Shown here in pieces: positions 9,909 through 19,154 of a DNA stretch of 64,000 nt. This stretch comes from Williopsis jadinii (Eukaryota): contig AP024666.1 in NCBI GenBank assembly GCA_024346625.1, positions 682,001 to 746,000 on the forward strand, given 5' to 3'. A program made the position numbers and the translations under genes. The notes beneath the pieces were generated by a model. It did no database searches and was not told the origin of the DNA. It saw only the letters and a list, made by a program, of their open reading frames with translations. Within the stretch, counting starts at the first letter, position 1; each line of letters starts with the position of its first letter.

Positions 9909-12842
9909 TCACCATATTTTTCTCAAACGGTTTAACGTCTTGACGATTGCAGGTCTCGATCTCAATCTTAATGGAAGACGAGAGGCATTGCGGAAAGTAG
10001 GTGGTGGTAACGCTGATGGACTAATAACAGGTGGTTTTATTACTTCAGAGTTGGCATTATCAAAATGAATGTCAAGTTCCAGGGTTCTAGAAGACACAAC
10101 AGGTTCAAGTTCCGGGAATTCATCCTTCAAAAAAAGTAACACCTCGTCAAGCTTCAACCATTGAATCCGTAGATTTCCAAACTTGGCCATTTCTTCAGTG
10201 AAGTTCGAATGTGTCTGGTCTGCATAGAGAAGTGATGGAGATGCGCAAAAAGGGTAATAAAAGTTGAAAATCGAACGCTTTTGATCAAGGGTTAGTGGCT
10301 TCGTTGATGAGAATCGATCAGAATACTTTTCAAGAAAGCTCTCTAGACCCAAAATGATGATCAGATGGAAATCAATGATGTGTTTAACTCCATGTAATGA
10401 AACAACATATAGAGGTAAGAATTGCACAACATCCTCTCTGCTTCTAACGGTTTCAGAAAAAGTCATGTTTCTCAATCCTGTTGGATACTTTTCTCTAATA
10501 CTTTGTCTTCTCTCCTCTTCGCCCTTCTTGGACATTAGTTCGCGTTGTCTTTCTTCTTCCTTCTTCTTGGCTTCAAGTTCTTCCAATTGTCTCTTTTTAC
10601 GCTCCTCGTTTTGACGTTCTAGCTCCTGTAACTTTTCCTGGTGCCTCTTATTACCAGCTTGAAGATCAGAGAGGAACTGCTGTTTGCGACGTTCTGCTTC
10701 AGCATTACGTTTGGCTGCAAACTCTTCTTCCCTTTTACGCTCCTGTTCGGCTCTTAATTCGGCCTCTTTCTTCTCTTGCTCTTCCCTTATGAGACGTTCC
10801 TTTCTTTCCTGCTCTTCCTTCAGTAGAGCAGCTTTTCTCTTTTCTTCTTCCTCCTCACTTCTTTTCAAACGTGATATTGCTTCCTCATCACTAGAAAGCT
10901 TTGGCTTCGACTCATCTTCTTGTTTCTCATGGACCACTTTCTCTTTATGCTCCACACTCTTAGAGACCACTTCTGGATCGTGACGAGGTAGTTTTTCAAT
11001 AATCGGTTTTTCGTACTTCTTCTCCACTTGTTGCTTAGACTTAGAACCTGTATCGGATTTAGAATGCACAGGCTGTGCAAGAGATTTATCAGCAGCTTTA
11101 GATGGTAGTATTTTATCCTTTGCTGTCTCGGTTTTGTTGGCCTCTCCGATATGTGGATGAGCTAAAAGAGTGTCTTTTGATTTCTTGGACTTTTTTGCTG
11201 GAGGTAACTCCTGGTCCTGATGTTCATTTGTTGAAACACTACGTTTCTTCTTCTGCTTCGATTTAACAACATGTGTGTTCTTTGTATCGTCACTGCCGGT
11301 AGATTCTTTCTCAGCAAATGATTTCAAGAGCTCAATCTCTTCTTTCAGGACATAAAGACCGTTCTCGGCATAGTATAGAGAGTTATAACCCTCTTCAGAC
11401 TTCAGTTTTACTTTGGCACCATTATTAAGAAGCAATTCCACAGTACGAAGGTGGTTTCTTCCAACAGAACGCATTAAAGCACTCATCTTACCAGGACCAC
11501 TGCGTGCATTAATATTGCCCTGCGTAAGGGCAATGAAGAAATTTACTAGATCATCATGACCAGCTCTTGCAGCCAATGAAAGACTCTCTGGATCTCGTTT
11601 GAATCCACTTTGAAGATATGCAAGGACATAAGGGGCATCACCCATCAATGATTTCTCTCGAAGTGTATGCAAGGCATGGCTACCCGTGACAATCAATGGC
11701 ACATCATCAACACCACCAAATCTTCTAGAGTTATTTGATCTAGATTGGTTGGACCTTTCTTCATATTTCTTTTTGTCATCTTCGTACGCAGCCTTTGTAG
11801 TATCACCACCAAGAGCATCTGCATACTTTCTGCAACCATCCTGCAAAACCTTCATAATTCTGTTTACATCAGGAGAGTCGTCGTTGTATGCATGTAGTTC
11901 ATCCAGTGCAGTGTGACCCCTTTTATTCTCCAACCAAGGATTTGCACCATGTCGCAACAAAAATTCAACAGTTTCAAAGTGTGAGTTAGACGCAGAATCA
12001 ATCAGTGGTGTATCTCCATCGATGTTTCTAACATTTGGATTAGCACCCTGCGATATAAGATAACTGACGATTTCAATTCTGCCTTCAAGAGCAGCATTCA
12101 TCAAAGGTGTATTTCCTGCGTTGTCCTGTGCTTCGATATCTTGTCCTTCCTCTTCAACCATTGTCTTTACCAATTTGAGATCTCCTTCAAGTGCCGCATT
12201 GTGTAATGGAATTTCACCCCTTGCATTTCTTAATACCTTTTTGGCAGTGTGTAATTTAGCAGATTTCTTCCTTTTCTTAATCTCCTCCTGCTCTTCGTCA
12301 CTCTCTTCGTTTAATTTGGGTACTGACTTTCTTCTCTGTATGTCTGAGACTCTCAGAAGTCGGTGTCCCTTCCTCTGTGGTGAATCACCAATGTCAGTGT
12401 CAGCATCGGAGTCCTCATCTTTTGCAATACTAGATTCACGGTTGGATCCGATACGAATGTCATCTTCAGAGTCCTCCTCATCGTTCAACATTGAGAGTGG
12501 AGACGTTGGAACAGGGGATGTATCAATCAGGGAATCACGCGCTTTAGCTTCAATAGTAGGTGTTGTCTGCTTTCTGTCTTCTTGTTGCTCCTTCTTGTCT
12601 TCTTCTGGCACCTTATTGTCTTCCACTGCCTTCGCCTCATCTTCTTTCACAATAGACGCATCAGCATCAGTCTTCGCTTTTTCGGCCAACGCCTTCTTTC
12701 TTTGGTCCTTATTGGAAAGGTAACTGGAGAACGAAACCTTCTTCGGCTGGTGAGGAGCCTCTTCCGCTTGATGCTGTTCCCTACTGTCAGCAACTTTCTT
12801 CAACAAGTCTTTTGTAGTTTTCGTGATATGTCCTTCGGTCAT
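9909..12842 (-). CDS. HOS4: ankyrin-repeat protein, Hos4-like Set3 complex subunit
   Basis: Ankyrin repeats (DNAGNTPLMNAALEG, GDTPLIDSASNSH), charged coiled coil, C-terminal FLPLYV segment. COG5/HOS4 neighbourhood matches recalled S. cerevisiae WGD sister regions. Confidence 0.7.
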   Translation of the reverse strand: MTEGHITKTTKDLLKKVADSREQHQAEEAPHQPKKVSFSSYLSNKDQRKKALAEKAKTDADASIVKEDEAKAVEDNKVPEEDKKEQQEDRKQTTPTIEAKARDSLIDTSPVPTSPLSMLNDEEDSEDDIRIGSNRESSIAKDEDSDADTDIGDSPQRKGHRLLRVSDIQRRKSVPKLNEESDEEQEEIKKRKKSAKLHTAKKVLRNARGEIPLHNAALEGDLKLVKTMVEEEGQDIEAQDNAGNTPLMNAALEGRIEIVSYLISQGANPNVRNIDGDTPLIDSASNSHFETVEFLLRHGANPWLENKRGHTALDELHAYNDDSPDVNRIMKVLQDGCRKYADALGGDTTKAAYEDDKKKYEERSNQSRSNNSRRFGGVDDVPLIVTGSHALHTLREKSLMGDAPYVLAYLQSGFKRDPESLSLAARAGHDDLVNFFIALTQGNINARSGPGKMSALMRSVGRNHLRTVELLLNNGAKVKLKSEEGYNSLYYAENGLYVLKEEIELLKSFAEKESTGSDDTKNTHVVKSKQKKKRSVSTNEHQDQELPPAKKSKKSKDTLLAHPHIGEANKTETAKDKILPSKAADKSLAQPVHSKSDTGSKSKQQVEKKYEKPIIEKLPRHDPEVVSKSVEHKEKVVHEKQEDESKPKLSSDEEAISRLKRSEEEEEKRKAALLKEEQERKERLIREEQEKKEAELRAEQERKREEEFAAKRNAEAERRKQQFLSDLQAGNKRHQEKLQELERQNEERKKRQLEELEAKKKEEERQRELMSKKGEEERRQSIREKYPTGLRNMTFSETVRSREDVVQFLPLYVVSLHGVKHIIDFHLIIILGLESFLEKYSDRFSSTKPLTLDQKRSIFNFYYPFCASPSLLYADQTHSNFTEEMAKFGNLRIQWLKLDEVLLFLKDEFPELEPVVSSRTLELDIHFDNANSEVIKPPVISPSALPPPTFRNASRLPLRLRSRPAIVKTLNRLRKIW

Positions 12843-13224
12843 GATTTCAAAAAGCGCTTCACCGGGGGAAATGAACTCTTCCAGGCAGGTACAGTGACCA
12901 GTAATCGACAACGATAATTTCACAATATCTTTACCAAGTGAAATGACCTTGTATTGACTGTTTATTAATCTTTTGGTGCCGACGGAGTGAATGCCTTAAT
13001 ATCAAAACAAATGTTTTAAACTCCATCACCAGCACAACGGGGAAGGAAAAAAACAAAGGAGCAGTGGTAACATCCATACACCTACACATCCCAACACCTA
13101 AACATCCCAACATCCAGCTCATCAACTATTTTGTATACAAAACCAACGCCTTCTATTACCCACACGCGCAGTATAGCAACTCATTTATCCGTGTTCTTCT
13201 GTATTATAAAGCAAGGTGGGAGCG

Positions 13225-14654
13225 ATGGACCCCATAATTCAAGATGTTGAAGATATAGTGAATGACACTGCGCAGGACTTCATACTTAGATTAAACAAAG
13301 ACCTCCATAAGGGTATGTTTTACATATCTCAACACGTCCAACACAATTGCTAACATCAGGTGCAGTTCTTAAAGAGAGGCTTACTTCACACACCAGCTCA
13401 AAGGAGTCGATAGAGAGTATTAGGAAGACATACGATGCAAAGCTAAAGTTGTGCAACTTGAGGATAAGGAATTTGGAATCAGAGCTACAGACGGTTCTTA
13501 TGAGGAATAAGCAATTGGAGCTTGAAAGTCACGATTTGAGAAGAAAGCTGGAACGCCAACCCTTGCGTGATAAGACAGGAGAAGAAAATCACCAAAAGAA
13601 CCAATCAGTATGTAATCTCATGCACATGCAACCATGTGAATCGTTAAAGAGCTCATCTCGTCCAAAGGTTTACTCGCACACTTTTCCAGAAAATAACTCT
13701 GATTGTGACCTCATACCTACTCAGTTTACTCTTGCAGAAGATGACGCATTCCACGTTTCAAATACCAGATTCATGGATCCTCAAGACCAACATGCAAATG
13801 AACACAGTTCCCAGTCCAGACGTGGCTCTATTAATCTGTCCAATGGATATGACATGAAACTGAAACATGAAAGATCTGACTCGGTGGAACTCGTTGATGA
13901 TCATTTTGACGTTAGCTATTCCCAAGTTCCCTCATCGCCTATTCAATTCAAAGCCGAACTAAAGTACGAGGAAGAGATTAAAGATTCGTACGAAGATTCA
14001 CAGGATGACCCACTTCTATCCCTGTCCAAAGCAAACACAGATACAAGAGGGCTCACCAATGCTATTACAGATACCCAATTATTGCCGCATCTCACCACCA
14101 CTTACAAAAAAAGGAAGGAAGATATCAACATGGACTTAACTCAAAACCCTTTCAGGAAGCGTGATTGGATTCTTGAAGACTTCAAAGTGAATCCTGCAAT
14201 GAACGATAACGTTCCTTATGCCTATCACGTTGTAGTGCGAGGTGCAAAACGACGCTGTATTCACGGCACAACCTGTCAAGATTGTGATAACTTTTACAGA
14301 TCTATGGGTGATATTAAAACCGCAAATGTTGGCCCTAAATGGAATGATAATAATGATGCTTTGCCTTTTGAAGTCGTGAAGATGGTCTCACGACACAGGG
14401 ATCTTTGGGACAAAGTTGATAGTCCGCCTGGGTTTGGCCAATTTGATTTCCCATCTACCCAGGAACGGATTAAGAACAAGGAAGAGGCAAGAGTTATGAA
14501 AAAACGTATGGCATACGAGAGACTATACTCTGCGTTGCACGACAAAAGATGGTTGTTCAAGAATGAAGAACTGAATAAATGCGTTAATGACGCCCGTTAT
14601 ACCCTAGATCAAGGTGTCTTTTTGAAGTATCTCGCTCATGAAGAGAAAGAGTAA
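13225..14654 (+). CDS. SAE2: Sae2/Ctp1/CtIP DNA end-resection factor; exons 13225-13312 and 13360(or 13366)-14654
   Basis: N-terminal coiled coil; C-terminal CxxC (CQDC), SRHR, SPPGF and FPSTQE motifs. Exon 1 MDPIIQDVED... joined in frame. Confidence 0.85.
13313..13359 (+). other. spliceosomal intron of SAE2
   Basis: GTATGT at 13313, TGCTAAC at 13348-13354, CAG ending 13359 or 13365 (both in frame). Confidence 0.8.
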
Positions 14655-14869
14655 ATAACTACATCAGCTTCAACATGATGTGAAAATTAATAACTATTAT
14701 ATTGTAGATGAGATTCATATGTGCAGCTGAAATATATATACATACAGATAAAAAAAAATGACGAAATAAATATAAGTAGTAGCAATGCACTTGTATGTTA
14801 GTATAAGTCATAAATTCGTGAAGCCATAGGACGTGTGTATCTTTCTCATAATCCCCAGCCATTCTGCAA

Positions 14870-17365
14870 TCAATTTTTAGGTGATTTCAAGTCCTTGTAA
14901 AACTTTTGATAGACATCAGCGTTGAAGTCCTTAAAGTTAGGATCCAAATCTATGAATGTCTTTGAGATTTCACAACTTTTGAAGTAGTAGTTCAAGAAAA
15001 ATCTGTTCTTCATGCTATCATTCAAGATCTTGCTAGATTTGGTATCTGCAGGTGGACCTGTTGGAACAACAGTTTGACCACTTGGTACTGGAGATTGCCC
15101 TCCTAAGGTTTGAGTCGCTAGTGTTGCAGGTGATTTGGGGGTCTTTTCAATGTTATTCAAACCATCACCGTGAAGTGGGAACAAAGTTTGGAAGATTTCG
15201 TAAGCTGCCAAAGTGAAGCCAAACTGTGGAGAGGATCTGAGAACTCTTGCACCGCCACCCTTGAAGAAAGATCTTGCACTCTCCTCTCTCAAAATGGTCT
15301 TGAAAGCATGGAAAATGCCATTGTAGTGAGTTTCACCCTTCTTTGGGTCAATCTGTAATCTGGTTTTGATAACATCACAAGGAGTTGTAAGGAATGCAGC
15401 AGGCATACCGGCCAAACCACCACTAACCAACAATTCCCATGTCTTGAGCTTATGTCTGCGTTTTTTGTCTGACGGGTCATAGTTGAAAATATCCTTCTTT
15501 ATGTGTGCATAAGTTGGGAAGTAAATGGCACTGAAAGGGACATCACGCAATAAACAGGCCCCAACACCTTTGTATAACCCTGTAATACCCAATTTCCGGA
15601 TGATACCCATAGCACTCATTCTCTCAGAAACATCATAATTACCTTGAACCTGGAGACGAATTTTTACAATCTCCAACGGATTTGTGAAGATAACTTGACA
15701 AGCACCTGCACATGCACCAGAAACAACCTCGTAGTACCAAGTGATCTTTTTACTGATTTTATTTGTAAAATAAGACCGTGCCAAGTCATTAACGGTCAGC
15801 TTGATAGCCTTCTCCGGTGCAACACCGATCAATTGAGGACCAAGACCGGAGTACAAACCACGAAGTCCTTCGCTTCTCAAAACCTTTACAGCACAGTCCA
15901 AGGAGTTCTTGTAAATCAGAACTCTTTGGGCTTGCATACGGGTTTTCACTAGATCGATGGGGTAGACAATAGTGGCACCAATCGCACCGGCAACAGAACC
16001 AAGAGTAAAGTTGTAAATGGAATCAAACACTGGATAAAAATACCAGTTCGAGTTCACCTGCGGTAATCTGGTAACCTCAGCTTCGTGGATAATATCGTTC
16101 AAGTAATTAGGATTTGTGATTCTGAGAAAATCTTGGATGTTCAAAGTCTTAGACACTTCGTTCTTCTCCAAGAGATACGTCGTGGAATCGTCGCCAGCAA
16201 GTTCATCGTAATGTCTCATAAAGTTGTCGTACTGTTCTTCACGTTTGCAGGTATCGACGGCTTGTTTTTGAGTCATTCCTTCATCCATCAACTGTTGAAC
16301 CTTCTTCTGTGTCTCTAACGTATTTGTCTTGTAGTTTGCCACGATGGAAAACAAGAGATTGATCTGTGAAGGTGAGAATGATGTAATATTATTAACCTTG
16401 TGATATTCATAATCAATGAAGTTCACAAAATCTTCCTTGGTAATCACCAAGTTAGCACCTGGTGAACTCTCCTTGGAGACATGGTAAAACTTTAAGAGAA
16501 TTTGATTGATCAGATCAAAATGTTCAAATAAATATTGCAAATCTTTCAAGACAGTATAGCTGATAGAGTTGTTGGTCGACTTGATCAATTTTGCATTCGT
16601 TAAATTCAACGAATCAAACACTTGGTTTGAAATCTTATGGCTATAAGTATTTTTCAAGAGGTAAACGAGTTGGTTCTTTGACAACTCGAGTTTTCCAGTT
16701 AGTGGGTTTTCCGTGGACAAATGTGAGAACCCATTCTGAATTCTCTCATTCGGTAAATCGGTTTGAAGAATTGACGCTATAGAGTTCAGACTGATGTACT
16801 GTTCATCAGTTGGAAGGTTCTTTTGGGTTCTTGGAGGACCTTGTGCATAAAATTTTAGCCAAGAAAGATCACCCCAGTTCAAATTCAACCCATTCTTCTT
16901 GAAGAACGCATTATCCGTGTAATCCTGTACTTTAGCAATGGTATCCTGCAAATCTGGGAGAGAGAGAACCAAATCGTCAAAGCTGACAAACTTATCGTTG
17001 AAGTTTATAGCCTTACCATTGTTGTGAGAGTCAAATTTACGCAAAAATTCGTAAAGGACCGCATACTGGTAGTTCTTGTTCTTCAGCAAGTTGTTGAAAT
17101 AGAACCAATCACTAACGCTGAGATAACCTTTATTGTTCTCATCCACGGCTAAAAAGATCACTCCAAACGTCTCTGGTGATACCCTGTTATAGTTATGCTC
17201 ATGGTCTGTAAATTTCGAATACAGCTTTGTAGAGCTCGACAGCAGTTTGATGAAAGAGTCGTACTCCAGAACCAACTGGTGCTTTTCCTCATCGTAACGA
17301 GCATACTTGCGGAAGATCTCCAGCTGCTGTTTCTTGTGCTCTGAGCTCGAACTTGGTAACTCCAT
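14870..17365 (-). CDS. AGC1: mitochondrial aspartate-glutamate carrier (aralar/citrin family)
   Basis: Long N-terminal extension plus three carrier repeats (PIDLVKTRMQ, PLEIVKIRLQ, PCDVIKTRLQ), GVAPEKAIKLTVND, RSSPQFG. Confidence 0.93.
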   Translation of the reverse strand: MELPSSSSEHKKQQLEIFRKYARYDEEKHQLVLEYDSFIKLLSSSTKLYSKFTDHEHNYNRVSPETFGVIFLAVDENNKGYLSVSDWFYFNNLLKNKNYQYAVLYEFLRKFDSHNNGKAINFNDKFVSFDDLVLSLPDLQDTIAKVQDYTDNAFFKKNGLNLNWGDLSWLKFYAQGPPRTQKNLPTDEQYISLNSIASILQTDLPNERIQNGFSHLSTENPLTGKLELSKNQLVYLLKNTYSHKISNQVFDSLNLTNAKLIKSTNNSISYTVLKDLQYLFEHFDLINQILLKFYHVSKESSPGANLVITKEDFVNFIDYEYHKVNNITSFSPSQINLLFSIVANYKTNTLETQKKVQQLMDEGMTQKQAVDTCKREEQYDNFMRHYDELAGDDSTTYLLEKNEVSKTLNIQDFLRITNPNYLNDIIHEAEVTRLPQVNSNWYFYPVFDSIYNFTLGSVAGAIGATIVYPIDLVKTRMQAQRVLIYKNSLDCAVKVLRSEGLRGLYSGLGPQLIGVAPEKAIKLTVNDLARSYFTNKISKKITWYYEVVSGACAGACQVIFTNPLEIVKIRLQVQGNYDVSERMSAMGIIRKLGITGLYKGVGACLLRDVPFSAIYFPTYAHIKKDIFNYDPSDKKRRHKLKTWELLVSGGLAGMPAAFLTTPCDVIKTRLQIDPKKGETHYNGIFHAFKTILREESARSFFKGGGARVLRSSPQFGFTLAAYEIFQTLFPLHGDGLNNIEKTPKSPATLATQTLGGQSPVPSGQTVVPTGPPADTKSSKILNDSMKNRFFLNYYFKSCEISKTFIDLDPNFKDFNADVYQKFYKDLKSPKN

Positions 17366-18439
17366 GGTGGTGTATTGCTCTAGAGACACCGAATAATAAC
17401 CATGCAAAGGACAAAACTATGTTGAACAAAACCTCCAGTGGGTTTCCCTTCCAATTAGGACAAAATGGAACAGCACAGTAGAAGCCAGGGAAGCAAAAAA
17501 AAAACAAGGAATAAAACTTTATAGAAAATTTGTACAAGTTTCCCTCGCTGCGTATGCGTTATATGTCGTCTGGTTATGCGCTTGCGTTCCCTACCGGATC
17601 AGATCTCGGTGATGCTTTCTTCTCTTTGTTTCTGGATTGGCGAGGGCACGGCGGTTGCCCAATGGCAGCTCGGGAGTAGGTCAGACAATAAAACAAAGAC
17701 CCTTTGGTGAAGAGGGCTCCAAGGTGGTTGTGTATTGGTGAGGTAGAAATAAAATCCAGAGTGGATAAACCCGCCTGTTTGTTGTTGTTGATGGTGTAGC
17801 AAACAGAGAGGAGCCTGTTAATGAGCACTCTGTATAAAGTGTATATATGTATACGTTCTGTGTATTGAACAAGAAAACAGAATGGGGGCGTCGTGAGAAC
17901 AAAACAAAAATAGGCAGAAGACAAGGACAAGTGCCTTTTATATATATTCCGACGGAGAGAACAAAAAAAGAAAATACACAGAAAGTGTATAGATATGGAG
18001 GAGCATAAAACCATAAACGGGGAGGGAAAAGAAACGATCTCTGGATGATCGTTTCTGGGTTTTTACTCGGCGGTGAGTGGGTCCTGTTTTGTCAACAAAG
18101 CGGATTGCACTTCATTTGGCTACGCATGCTGCAGACTCTAACATCGGACAACGGGCACCGCTATGAATTTTCCCTTTAGAAATTTCAGGCCTGTCATCTC
18201 ACGGTGCCCGCTAAGTGGTCTTTTCTTTTTGGGGTTTTGGGCTTGTGCTTTCTGGGCCATCTGCGACTTCTGCTATTTTCCCCAGCTTTCCCCTCATCGT
18301 TTCGTGCAAATTAACGCCGTTTTTACCCGATGGGGTGGAGCACTTTTGGCTATTCCTTCCCCAGATTTTCTTGTCTTTGACAACGGAGAGACCGTTGCAG
18401 TGGAATTGCTTAAACAGAGCCACTTGTCGCTACTACTGC

Positions 18440-18495
18440 TTCCTGTATCGTTGTTGTAGTTGTTGCTGTTGTTGTTGCCGTTGCTGCTGCTTCTT
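18440..18495. repeat. imperfect GTT/GCT trinucleotide microsatellite
   Basis: ttgttgtagttgttgctgttgttgttgccgttgctgctgc in intergenic DNA. Confidence 0.6.
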
Positions 18496-19154
18496 GTTTT
18501 TGGCCTTGATGTACCCGAGAAGCCGTTTGTCCTGGCCGTTTGTCCTTGCTGTATGAAACGATGTGCAACGACGGTTCCCTTTTTAATGCGTTCGAAGTTC
18601 GGGTGCTAAGTTGCAACTCTTAGAATGTGTGTTTATACTCCGTGTTTCTCACTTTTGAGCTGTCAGGGTTTCTTTGATTGGCTGTTCACGAATCCTATAA
18701 GGTATTCACTGGAATTTAGTCTGTGTCCTTTAAAGAATCAGCTGGATCCCTTTAGGTACTCTTAAGCAGGCAAGCGTATTTACCAAGGGAAATACACAAC
18801 AGATTTAGTAGCTTTGGCGATAAAAGACATGGTAATTCGGTAATTGTCCGGTAATCGATATAGGTCCGATCAGTCACACTGATCCCACCTCTACCCGCTG
18901 GTACATTCCTCCTCATGTACACACATACACGTATGACGTTGGCTCTGGAGTTATAGTCTTCGCTGAGTCTATTCTACATCAGTACTTGCGTAGTCATAAA
19001 AGTAAACGACATAACAGAGTTCTATTATTGAAGATATGGTTTTAGGTGTTTGACTGGACATCCTCGCTATCCCGAGCAGCTATAATACAGGCAGGACTAA
19101 TCGTAAACTTCATTTTATTGATTAAACACAAGAGAAATTGTACCAACTCTTCCA

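Noticed and set aside
18410..18616. Possible small poly-Gln or poly-Thr gene
   Set aside because: The poly-Gln frame has no ATG and the other frame starts at TTG; treated as microsatellite.
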